DNA from: Desulfocapsa sulfexigens DSM 10523
GTDB taxonomy: Bacteria; Desulfobacterota; Desulfobulbia; Desulfobulbales; Desulfocapsaceae
Length of the DNA stretch: 32,000 bases
Reading direction: 5' to 3'
NCBI RefSeq assembly: GCF_000341395.1
Contig: NC_020304.1
Location: 1,230,001 to 1,262,000 of the forward strand
Shown here: positions 20,762 through 30,100 of the stretch, piece by piece
Layout of the letters: each line of letters opens with the position of its first letter
How positions within the stretch are numbered: position 1 is the stretch's first letter
The notes under the pieces: generated by a model
Databases searched by the model: none
Told to the model about the DNA's origin: nothing
The model's input: only the letters and a program-made list of their open reading frames with translations
Program-made: the position numbers and the translations under genes

Positions 20762-21367
20762 ATGGGTTTTGTTAAAGGAACGGCTAGTTATGTCCGCTTT
20801 GCCGTTGAGGGGGAATTACCCGATAACATCTGGGATTTCATCGCGGATCGTATTACGTCTTTTGCTTTTAGGGATATTGATGAGACGTATGAGGAGGATT
20901 CGCTTGGCTGGGTATCGGTGACGAACATGTTTGATACTGATTTTAAGTATGCATCATATGCTGCCGGCAATTTCGTTACACTTGCCATGCGTTTTGATGA
21001 GAGAAAGGTCTCTGCGTCCATTGTGAAAAAATTTGTACAGAAAGAAGAGGAACGAATAAAAAAAGAAAAGCAGATCCCTAAAATATCAAGGAGTATGCGT
21101 GTGGAGATCAAGGAACGTATACAAAATGAATTGATACGTAAGGCTCTTCCGATGCCCTCTGTATTTGACTTGTGTTGGAATCTGGAAAATTCAACTTTGC
21201 TTTTTTTCTCAACCAATCAAAAAGCTCAGTCAATGTTGGAGGACCTGTTCAAGGAAAGTTTTGGGCTTACTTTAGTTCAGCAGATTCCATATATTTGTGC
21301 TGAGCATCTCCTCGGTGAGGATGAGGTGGACAGGTTGGCAAGAATAACACCAGATGTGTTTGTATAG
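20762..21367 (+). CDS. rdgC: RdgC-like recombination-associated protein (short, N-terminal-type)
   Basis: 201 aa: ITSFAFRDIDETYEEDSLGWVSVTNMFD..., VKKFVQKEEERIKKEKQIPKISRSMRVEIKERIQNELIRKALPMPSVFDLCWNLENSTLLFFSTNQKAQSMLEDLFKESFGLTL. The order of elements resembles the N-terminal two thirds of RdgC. Confidence 0.7.
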   Translation: MGFVKGTASYVRFAVEGELPDNIWDFIADRITSFAFRDIDETYEEDSLGWVSVTNMFDTDFKYASYAAGNFVTLAMRFDERKVSASIVKKFVQKEEERIKKEKQIPKISRSMRVEIKERIQNELIRKALPMPSVFDLCWNLENSTLLFFSTNQKAQSMLEDLFKESFGLTLVQQIPYICAEHLLGEDEVDRLARITPDVFV

Positions 21368-21379
21368 AGGGTATGAAAT

Positions 21380-21922
21380 ATGGATTTAGTCGATCTTATC
21401 GCTGAAAAACGGTTTCTAGGGCAGGAGTTTTTGACCTGGCTCTGGTGGAAAAGTGAAGAACGAGGTGGAGTTGTGGCATTACCAGGAGAAGGCGATGTCG
21501 TAGTAGTGTTTGAAAAACACATGCTTCTCGAATATGGTGAAGGGGATTCAAACGAAAGTCTAGTATGTAGGGGGCTCCAGACAGAGCTTCAGGAAGCACG
21601 TACCGGCCTTGTTATGGGGAAGAAATTAGAGCAGGCAAGAATTAAACTGGCTTTTAATGACTATGAGTGGAATTTCACCATGGCAGCGGCTTTGATGGAG
21701 TTTCGAAATGTGAAACTTCCAAAAACCGGAGGAGAGTCGGGAAACGAAAATGACCCCGAAGAGCGTGAGGGAATGGTTCTGGAGAGAATTTACCTCTTTG
21801 AGGAACTTATTCGAATGGTTCTTGGGTTGTTTCGGATTTTCCTACACCTTCGAGTCAGTCCTGAGTGGCGTGACGAGTTACTAAAGGTTAGAGAATGGGT
21901 CAACAGAGCTGAAAGAGCTTAG
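21380..21922 (+). CDS. Conserved hypothetical; possibly the C-terminal portion/partner of the RdgC-like protein
   Basis: Starts 12 nt after the rdgC-like stop: DLVDLIAEKRFLGQEFLTWLWWKSEERGGVV...KKLEQARIKLAFNDYEWNFTMAAALMEFRNVKLP. Confidence 0.6.
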   Translation: MDLVDLIAEKRFLGQEFLTWLWWKSEERGGVVALPGEGDVVVVFEKHMLLEYGEGDSNESLVCRGLQTELQEARTGLVMGKKLEQARIKLAFNDYEWNFTMAAALMEFRNVKLPKTGGESGNENDPEEREGMVLERIYLFEELIRMVLGLFRIFLHLRVSPEWRDELLKVREWVNRAERA

Positions 21923-21973
21923 GTGTTGTCTTGTGTGTCATGGATAAAAAATACTTATAAAGACGGGTAAATT

Positions 21974-23398
21974 ATGGAGTTTGAAACCGTAATAGGGCTG
22001 GAAATTCATGCCCAGCTGAAGACCAGATCGAAAATATTTTGTGGATGTTCCACTGAGTTTGGGGCATCTCCCAATAGCCACACCTGTCAAATATGTCTGG
22101 GAATGCCTGGCGTACTGCCGGTTTTAAATAAAAAAGTTGTTGAATATTCAATCAAAATGGGATTGGCAACGGGTTCAACTATCAATACTTTTAACCAATT
22201 CGCCCGTAAAAATTATTTTTATCCAGATCTCCCCAAGGGGTATCAGACGTCACAGTTTGATCTCCCTATAGTGGAGTTTGGTAAGGTGGAGATAGAAGTA
22301 GCCGGGAAAAAGAAGGTGATCGGCATTACTCGCATGCACATGGAAGAGGATGCCGGCAAATTGATTCATGACGATAGGGAACCAGTGTCATATGTGGATC
22401 TGAATCGGACAGGAACACCTTTGCTTGAGATTGTGTCAGAGCCTGATATGCGGTCTCCAGAGGAGGCGTATGCCTATTTGAAAAAAATTCACGCCATCCT
22501 TCGTTATCTTGATATCTGTGATGGCAATATGCAGGAAGGAAGTTTCCGCTGTGACGCAAACATATCGCTTAGACCAGTGGGACAGATAGAGTTGGGGACA
22601 CGTACTGAACTCAAAAACATGAACTCCTTCAAAAATGTACAGGCAGCTCTTGAATATGAGGTGCGACGTCAGCGTGATTTGTTACTTGATGGAGAAGAGG
22701 TGACGCAGGAGACTTTACAGTGGGATCCGGATCGAAATCGGACAACTGCAATGCGCAGTAAGGAAGAGGCACATGATTATCGATATTTCCCCTGTCCAGA
22801 TCTGATTCCGGTAGTTATCGATGAGAGTTGGATTGAGGAGATCAGAAGCACTCTTCCTGAACTGCCAGATGCGAGAAAAGAACGCTTTGTAAATGAGTAC
22901 GAATTGCCCGAGTATGATGCAGTAATTCTCACAGCCTCACGGGATTTAGCAGATTATTTTGAGGAAGCTGTCAAAAATTGCGGGAAGGCAAAGAAGGTTT
23001 CAAACTGGATAATGACAGAGATGCTGCGCGAGTTGAAGGGAGAAGATGTTACTGCTTGCAACGTCAAGGCCAAGCAGTTGGGGGCTCTGTTGAAAATGGT
23101 GGATGATGGGACCATATCAGGGAAAATAGCCAAAACGGTGTTTCTTGAAATGATGGAATCCGGGAAGGATCCTGAGACCGTAGTTAAAGAGAAAAATCTT
23201 ATACAAGTTTCAGATACAGGCGAGTTACGGGGCATTGTTCAGGAAATTATTGCAGCCAATCCCTCTCAGACTGAAGATTACAAAGGCGGAAAGACAAAGC
23301 TTATGGGGTACTTTGTTGGTCAGCTGATGCAGAAGACAAAAGGTAAGGCGAACCCTAAAATTGCCAATGAATTATTTTCTGAAGAATTAACCAAATAG
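21974..23398 (+). CDS. gatB: Asp-tRNA(Asn)/Glu-tRNA(Gln) amidotransferase subunit B
   Basis: [74 protein letters not shown]-type motif, [31 protein letters not shown]. Confidence 0.97.
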   Translation: MEFETVIGLEIHAQLKTRSKIFCGCSTEFGASPNSHTCQICLGMPGVLPVLNKKVVEYSIKMGLATGSTINTFNQFARKNYFYPDLPKGYQTSQFDLPIVEFGKVEIEVAGKKKVIGITRMHMEEDAGKLIHDDREPVSYVDLNRTGTPLLEIVSEPDMRSPEEAYAYLKKIHAILRYLDICDGNMQEGSFRCDANISLRPVGQIELGTRTELKNMNSFKNVQAALEYEVRRQRDLLLDGEEVTQETLQWDPDRNRTTAMRSKEEAHDYRYFPCPDLIPVVIDESWIEEIRSTLPELPDARKERFVNEYELPEYDAVILTASRDLADYFEEAVKNCGKAKKVSNWIMTEMLRELKGEDVTACNVKAKQLGALLKMVDDGTISGKIAKTVFLEMMESGKDPETVVKEKNLIQVSDTGELRGIVQEIIAANPSQTEDYKGGKTKLMGYFVGQLMQKTKGKANPKIANELFSEELTK

Positions 23399-23416
23399 GA
23401 GGTTGGACTGGGGGCA

Positions 23417-24160
23417 ATGGAGAAGGAGGATTGGCAGAGAAAGGGGGCAGGACATAGACAGCGTCTCCGCGACCGATTCCTTGACCGGGGGCTTGATGGA
23501 TTTAGCGATAAAGAAATTCTGGAACTGCTCCTTTCCTTTGGGACTCCCAGAAGTGATTGTAAAGAACCAGCGCGGAGAGCTCTGAAACAGTTTGGATCAC
23601 TTGCTGCCGTACTCGAAACACCACTTGCCGGATTGCAGGAAATAACGGGTATTGGGCCCAAAAACGGTTTTGCTGTTCATTTTATTCAGGCAGTGGCCAG
23701 GCGTTACCTGAGGGATCGGCTTCAGGGGAAACGCTATCTCACCTCCTCTGCTGACGTGCGGGATTACCTCCTCCACGCGCTGCGTGGCCTCAAAAAAGAG
23801 GTCCTCTGTGTCATTTACCTTGATTCGTCACACGCTATTCTCGACACGGAAACCGTGGCTGAAGGTACCATTAACGTCAACACCGTCTACCCGCGAGAAC
23901 TTATAAAAAAGGCTTTGCAGCGCAATGCTGCAGCTCTCATCATAGCGCACAATCATCCCTCTGGTTCAATTGTTCCATCATCACAGGATATGCAGCTTAC
24001 AAGAACGCTCTCCTTACTTGGAGGTATGATGCAGATCCGTCTCCTTGATCATATCATTATAGGTGATGACAGTTTTTCCTTTGCTGATAATGGTCTGATG
24101 GCGGAGATCCATGATGCGTGCCGGGAGACAATGGAACGTCTTCATTCCAGCAAAGTATGA
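23417..24160 (+). CDS. radC: RadC family DNA repair/JAB-domain protein
   Basis: HRQRLRDRFLDRGLDGFSDKEILELLLSF, ITGIGPKNGFAVHFIQAVARRYL, KKEVLCVIYLDSSHAIL, AAALIIAHNHPSGSIVPS, LLDHIIIGDDSFSF. Confidence 0.92.
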   Translation: MEKEDWQRKGAGHRQRLRDRFLDRGLDGFSDKEILELLLSFGTPRSDCKEPARRALKQFGSLAAVLETPLAGLQEITGIGPKNGFAVHFIQAVARRYLRDRLQGKRYLTSSADVRDYLLHALRGLKKEVLCVIYLDSSHAILDTETVAEGTINVNTVYPRELIKKALQRNAAALIIAHNHPSGSIVPSSQDMQLTRTLSLLGGMMQIRLLDHIIIGDDSFSFADNGLMAEIHDACRETMERLHSSKV

Positions 24161-25287
24161 CCTCATCGCTCTATATTCACATTCCTTTTTGTTCAGCCAA
24201 GTGCAGTTACTGCTCATTTAACTCGTATGCGGGCCTGGAGGGCCTGCAGTCACGTTATGTTGAATGCCTATGTGCCGAGATGGAAAATGTTGCATCATCG
24301 GGGGGCGTGGAGTCCCTCAAGACGGTATTTTTGGGAGGAGGAACACCATCTGTTTTACCTGGCGATTTGTCAGGTAAAATTATAACTACTTATCGTAATT
24401 GTTTTTCTGCAATGCAGGATGTGGAAATATCAATGGAAATAAATCCAGGAACAGTTGATATGGCAAAACTGGATTTTTTACACGTTGCAGGTGTCAACCG
24501 GATTTCTTTCGGGGTGCAGTCGTTCATTGATAAGGAGTTGAGAAGTATAGGACGTATTCACACAGCAGAAGAGGCTGTCGTTGCAGTATCTATGGCAGGG
24601 AATGCGGGGTATGAAAATGTAAGCCTTGACCTGATGTATGGGCTTCCCGGTCAGACTACTGCGAGTTGGCACCAGAGTTTGGAAACAGCTATTTCTTTGG
24701 GAGTAAAGCATCTCTCGCTTTATCAGTTAACGGTTGAAGAGGGGACTCCATTACAGCAAATGATGTACGGAGGAACAATACAGTTGCCCGGTGAAGATGA
24801 ACTAGCTGCAATGGATAATATTACGAGGAAATTGACCGATTCTGCCGGTCTACGCCAATATGAAATATCCAATTATGCAAAAACAGGATATCAATGCCGT
24901 CATAATATAACCTACTGGGAAAATAATGAGTACCTGGGAGTAGGGGCGGGGGCAGTCTCCTGCGTAAGGAGAAGCCGCAAACGAAACATTGCGGATCCTG
25001 TGGAATACTGTGATCGTATTGAGGCTGGAAAATCGGTGGTTATTGAGGAGGAAAATTTAGATATCGAGGCCTCATTTCGAGAAACGGTTATTATGGCGTT
25101 ACGATTGAATAGTGGATTTTCCCTACCGGGTCTTACCGAACGCTACGGGATAAATGCTTTGGATTATTATGGTGCAACACTTGAAAATCTTATAAGGGAT
25201 GGATTTGTTGAGCAGCATGCAGGAATGATTGCTCTGACGGACAGGGGGAGGGGTTTTGCTAATCTGGTTATGTCCGAACTGGTGTAA
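24157..25287 (+). CDS. hemW: Radical SAM family heme chaperone HemW
   Basis: MTSSLYIHIPFCSAKCSYCSFNSY (CxxxCxxC), VFLGGGTPSVL, VEISMEINPGTVD, NRISFGVQSF, VSLDLMYGLPGQTTASW, YEISNYAKTGYQCRHNITYWENNEYLGVGAGAVS. ATGA overlap with radC stop. Confidence 0.93.
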   Translation: MTSSLYIHIPFCSAKCSYCSFNSYAGLEGLQSRYVECLCAEMENVASSGGVESLKTVFLGGGTPSVLPGDLSGKIITTYRNCFSAMQDVEISMEINPGTVDMAKLDFLHVAGVNRISFGVQSFIDKELRSIGRIHTAEEAVVAVSMAGNAGYENVSLDLMYGLPGQTTASWHQSLETAISLGVKHLSLYQLTVEEGTPLQQMMYGGTIQLPGEDELAAMDNITRKLTDSAGLRQYEISNYAKTGYQCRHNITYWENNEYLGVGAGAVSCVRRSRKRNIADPVEYCDRIEAGKSVVIEEENLDIEASFRETVIMALRLNSGFSLPGLTERYGINALDYYGATLENLIRDGFVEQHAGMIALTDRGRGFANLVMSELV

Positions 25288-25385
25288 CAGGCAGATAAGA
25301 GGACCAGGCGACCGTTACTGTGCTGAGCGAGGAGAAAATAAAGGTCGGGATAGGGGATCATTGATTGGCGTAATCTGTTAAAATT

Positions 25386-25610
25386 CTAACTAATTACCTC
25401 CGAAACATTTGCAACCCGGAGTTTTTCCGTGTCGATTATATGGGACGCCATAAACCCATCCCTGGGGGCTCTGCTGCGGCCGTCCAGGCCGCAGATGCCC
25501 ATATAATCAACACGAAAAAACTCCTCCTCAGACGGGTAGGCTGAAGAGGAGTGGTGATTAGGAAATTCTATTAAACATATGGTGATGTCACGCACCTTCT
25601 CAGCACTCAT
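25386..25610 (-). CDS. Small hypothetical ORF (74 aa) overlapping a strong inverted repeat
   Basis: Complete ATG ORF; no recognisable family and a weak RBS. Could instead be an incidental ORF across a structured RNA or DNA element. Confidence 0.25.
   Translation of the reverse strand: MSAEKVRDITICLIEFPNHHSSSAYPSEEEFFRVDYMGICGLDGRSRAPRDGFMASHIIDTEKLRVANVSEVIS
25418..25524 (-). repeat. Imperfect inverted repeat with 27-bp arms and a nested GC-rich hairpin
   Basis: Left arm GGAGTTTTTCCGTGTCGATTATATGGG (25418-25444), right arm CCCATATAATCAACACGAAAAAACTCC (25498-25524), 25/27 complementary. Nested CTGCGGCC/GGCCGCAG between them. Confidence 0.85.
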
Positions 25611-25988
25611 TTTTTCTAAAAAGACTGGTGTCTATATTGCACCAGAAAACCAACCTTTAACAACAATTTTTTTCTTTTTCACTTTTATCTTTCTTTATTA
25701 GATCCACAATATTTTTGAACTTTGAGTTTCAGAGTTTGACAGGTTCCTGATAGAGGAGGAAGCTTAGAAAAGATGGAATGCTTGAAAAGAAAAAAACATT
25801 AGTTGTGCTAATGTTAAGCATAATTATTACAAATTTTACTTAATTATAATACTCAAGTATTTATTTGTTAAGAATCTTACGGATGGAAAGTAATGAATAT
25901 CTGTGAGAGGAATATTGGATATACTTCATTCAGGCTGAGCCTACGGCTCTGTGATATCTTGTGTGCAATGAGGTGGGTTGAGGGAATT

Positions 25989-26300
25989 ATGACGAAACAA
26001 TCTGAACTACAGTGTTGGGAAATTATTCAGTGCAACCGTAAAAACAAATGCCAGTCGTATAAAAGGGAGGAAAAAGAATGCTGGCAGGTGATTAGGGATG
26101 ATAATGCGAGTTCGTTCCATATCTGTGTTGATTGCCTGGTGTATCTGGCGAAACAGAAAGATTCGATTTTCAGTGACGAGGAGTTAGCTCGTATTCTCAG
26201 TAAACGGCAGGAGAAAAGTTTTCGTCATTATGAATGCAAACTTACATATGCACTTCGTCACTCAACAGCAATTATAGATGGTCTCTGTATCAATGTGTAG
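25989..26300 (+). CDS. Small Cys/Trp-rich protein ('two-CW domain'-like)
   Basis: LQCWEIIQCNRKNKCQSYKREEKECWQVIRDDNASSFHICVDCLVYLAK. ORF opens at 25893; likely start MTKQSELQ at 25989. Confidence 0.65.
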   Translation: MTKQSELQCWEIIQCNRKNKCQSYKREEKECWQVIRDDNASSFHICVDCLVYLAKQKDSIFSDEELARILSKRQEKSFRHYECKLTYALRHSTAIIDGLCINV

Positions 26301-26336
26301 CAGAGGAAAAGATAGGTATCAGTGAGAGGATGGAGC

Positions 26337-26795
26337 ATGAGCCCATATATGGCATTAATAGACAGAAAAATTTCTGCCTGGATGGATAAATATTGTCAGG
26401 GACTGATGCGAATTTCTCTGGCCTTGATATTTATCTGGTTTGGCATGCTAAAACCTCTGGGAATGAGTCCAGAAGAGGAATTGATAAAAAACACGGTCTA
26501 TTTTTTTCCACCGGAAGTTGTCTTGTTTGTTCTGGGATGCTGGGAGGTAACAATAGGTATTGGACTTCTCTATAAACCGTTACTCAGGGTTGCTCTCCTG
26601 CTTTTACTAATAGAACTTCCTGGTACGTTTCTGCCACTGATTGTTTTGCCTGAGATCTGTTTTCACTCAGTACCATTCGGGCTCAGTCTTGAAGGGCAAT
26701 ATATTGTGAAGAACCTCTTCCTTATAGGCGCGGCCTTTGTAATTGGCAGTAAGGTCGCACAAAACAACCCATTACTTGAGGAAACGGAGGCGTGA
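26337..26795 (+). CDS. DoxX/DUF417-like small integral membrane protein
   Basis: About 150 aa with several hydrophobic segments: LMRISLALIFIWFGMLKPLGMSP..., VVLFVLGCWEVTIGIGLLY, LLLLLIELPGTFLPLIV, VKNLFLIGAAFVIGSKV. Confidence 0.6.
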   Translation: MSPYMALIDRKISAWMDKYCQGLMRISLALIFIWFGMLKPLGMSPEEELIKNTVYFFPPEVVLFVLGCWEVTIGIGLLYKPLLRVALLLLLIELPGTFLPLIVLPEICFHSVPFGLSLEGQYIVKNLFLIGAAFVIGSKVAQNNPLLEETEA

Positions 26796-27194
26796 GGTAA
26801 TGGGGGGAACGCTGTCAATGGAGAGTGTTGCCAGAATCGTATTGTAAGCAGTATCGGATTGGCCTAAGATTTTAATTTGTAGAGGTTTACCAGCGTCGTT
26901 ATTGCTTGTCTGAGGTTTTCTTGCATTGAAAACTCCTCCTTTCTGTAAGAGAAAACCGATAAGACTGACAAGCGGGGTTTCTTTGCGTGCTCAGTTTTTG
27001 GGTGATGCTGGTAAACTTTTACATTTTGTATCCCTTCTGTAGAAAATCCTATTATCATACCCTCAGCAGAATGGGGATGTATGATAATGAATGATGTTGA
27101 CTTCCTGTCGGCTATTTTATAGCATCCAGAAGTATTCTTTAAACGCTCAAGCTTTTTAGCTTCTCTCCAGTTACCACTCGTGTAAATAATATTT

Positions 27195-30100
27195 GTGGAA
27201 ACAGTACCACACTCTATGCAAAGTTTTCCGGAAAAACAGAAAATTCTCCTCGACTTAGTTTCACTTTTATCAAAAATTCTCGACCTGAGTGATAAAGGAA
27301 ATCTTGCCCATGGGTTGCGGGTTGCTGACCTGTCCCAGGCGATAGCCAAGCAGATATATATTGGAAAACCGGCGCAGCTGTATGTTGCGGGTCTGCTGCA
27401 TGATATCGGGGGGATGAGCCTTGACAGACATGTCCTTTATCATGCACTTGATAGTTTTCAGGATATTGAGGCGCGTAATCATGCTTCATACGGGGCAGAG
27501 ATACTAAAGAGTTTTCATCCTTTTCACTCTCTGGTGGGATGGGTTGCCGACCACCATGAACGATATGATGGGACTGGCTTTCCTGAAGGGAAATCGCAGC
27601 ATGAGATAAGCTCAGAGGCTGGGATTCTACACCTTGCAGATCTTCTGGATATCTTTTTCAGGCAGAATAAAGAAGTAACACTCAAGGAAATACGGACATT
27701 TTTGAATGAGCAATCGGGAAGCAGCGTGGCTCCCGTTGTTGTTGAAGGTGCAAAACACCTTTTTTCCACCCAGGAAAGCCTGGTTTATCTTAAAGAGAGT
27801 GATCCCAGGGAGTGTTGTGGCTCTGGGATGGTGGATTCTTTTTCTGAGATTAATTTTATTTCTGTTCCGGAATTGATCTCGCAGCTTTTGTGGTTGATTG
27901 CTCAGGTGGCTGACTGCAAAGTAGAAAAAAACGGGTTTCATTCTAACAGGGTGGCCTTTTTTTGCCATCGTATAGCCAAAGCTTTTCATTCTGTGGATGT
28001 TGACCCACTTCAGGCCCTCTGGGCAGGACTTCTCCATGACGTGGGAATTTGTGCTGCTCCAAAGGGAGAACTTACAAAAAATCAGAATATTGTGGCTACA
28101 GCATCATTATTGTATCGAGAGCACCCATTGGTTTCAGCCAAACTCGCAGGTGATGTGAAGGTACTTGAACACTTTGCTCCTGTGCTTGCAGCTCATCATG
28201 AGTGTTGGAATGGAACAGGTTTCCCAGCGGGCCTGAAAGGAGATGGTATTCCACTGCTTTCTCAAATCATCCATGTCTGTGAGCAATACGATATCTCAAG
28301 CAGGAGCGAAGGGACGAAAAGTGGCCACAAGTATGCTATTGAAGAACTGGAAAAGGGACGTGGCCAGTTATTTTCATCAGATCTGCTTGATGTAGCCATC
28401 CCTGTTCTGCAAACATGGGGACCACGTGATATCTCCTGGATGCGAGACATAAAGAATGTTCATGCCTTTTTTACATCAGATCCCTTTGATGGAATTACTC
28501 AGGGAGAGCAAGAACAGGTCGTGGATCTTAATTCAGAGAGCATGATCAACACGGTTTTGCCGAGGCAATGGGAGTGTGCAGAACTCACGACTGATTTTGT
28601 GCTACACACGGGTGGTGAGTATCTTAAAAGATTTACAAATAGCGAGGATGTGGAGAACTTCTTTGACATTCTGGAACCATCAATTGTCAGAAGTACCCGG
28701 AAAGCTTTAAAAGCTGTGAAGGATGGGGAATCCCTTACTTTGACCATGGCCTCGAAATGGGGAAAGCCCTTAGAACTGATTTTCCTCAAACAAAAAAAAT
28801 ACTACACCCTTCTGTATAGAGGCGTGAACGAAGAACCACTTTTTACCAGAAGGCATTCGATTTTTTATCAGCATTTTCAAAAAACAGCCGAAGCTGAACT
28901 TATCCTCGATGAGGAAGCAGTTATTAAAGATGTTAATGATAGCGCTCTGGCACTTTTACGGTATCCGCGACAGGGGTTGATTGGTAAAGATATTGAAACA
29001 CTTTTCTCTCCATTTTTGTCAAAGTTGCAGCTCAGTTCCCTTCATATGTTTCTGGTTGCTGATGATGAAACACTCTGGATAGAAGAATTTTCTTTAATCA
29101 ATAACAAGGGAACTGCTTTTTCAATCCAGGTAACCATTGTTCCTCTGCAGGGAGTTGAGCGTCGGGATGCGGCTTATATTTGTCGTTTGAGAGATATTTC
29201 GGTCAGAAAGGAGCTGGAACGGGAAATGGTGCAGCGCGAAAAAGCGATGCAGCTTATTGTTCATAATATTTCCGGGATGACTGGGGATCAGTTTTTCAAG
29301 GAGTTGTTGCTGCAGTTTGCGTCCTTGTGTGGATCCAGCCAGGTGATGATTGGTGAGTTGATTGAAGGTGGTGATACTATTCGTCCTGTTGTTTTTCGTG
29401 ATCCAAAAGGGTTTCATAAGAGAGAAAGTTTTCTCCTACAACACACTCCAGGTTTTGTGGTTGTTCATAGCGGTGAGTTGTTTATAACAGATCGGGTGAA
29501 TGATCGTTTTCCTCAGGACAAAGTATTGCAGGATCAGGGGATTAATTCTTATTGGGGGCTCCCCTTGCGAAACCAGGATGGGACGGTTCTTGGGGTTCTG
29601 GTCGCCATGGATACGAAACCAATTACTCAAACAAAAAGTACACGAGCGCTTGTGAAGGTACTACAATCACTTGCTGGAGGTGAATTGGCCCGGATGCAGA
29701 CTGAACGAAAACTTAAGGAAAATGAAAAGCAGTTGGAGAGTCAAAATCTTGAGTTATCACGTATGAACCAGCTCAAGAGTGACATGATTGCGGTCACCTC
29801 CCATGATCTGAAATCACCGCTTGCTGCAATTATCGGCTATGCCAGTCTTCTTCAAGAATATTTTTCAAGCCTGGATGAGGAAAAAAAAATATATTATATT
29901 CAGCGTATTGAAGAAGAAGGACAAAAACAGCTGGTTTTTATTAATAAGCTTCTAGACTTATATCGTATTGAATCGGGAACAATAGATCTGGAGCTGACTT
30001 CTGAACGATTGGATTTCCTGGTTCAGGAATGTATCACCAGGCAGCAGCATGTTGCTGCTGAACGAAACATTACAATCGAAATGTCCCTTAAAGGGGTGCT

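Noticed and set aside
25778-25871. About 30-aa ORF (MLEKKKTLVVLMLSIIITNFTNYNTQVFIC) after an AGGAGG-like sequence
   Set aside because: The AT-rich intergenic setting, non-ideal RBS spacing and very short length make it indistinguishable from chance without conservation data.
26864-27349. 161-aa minus-strand ORF upstream of and overlapping the histidine kinase start
   Set aside because: No recognisable motif, low-complexity character and overlap with the kinase N-terminus. The intergenic region might hold regulatory sequence, but I could not support a gene.
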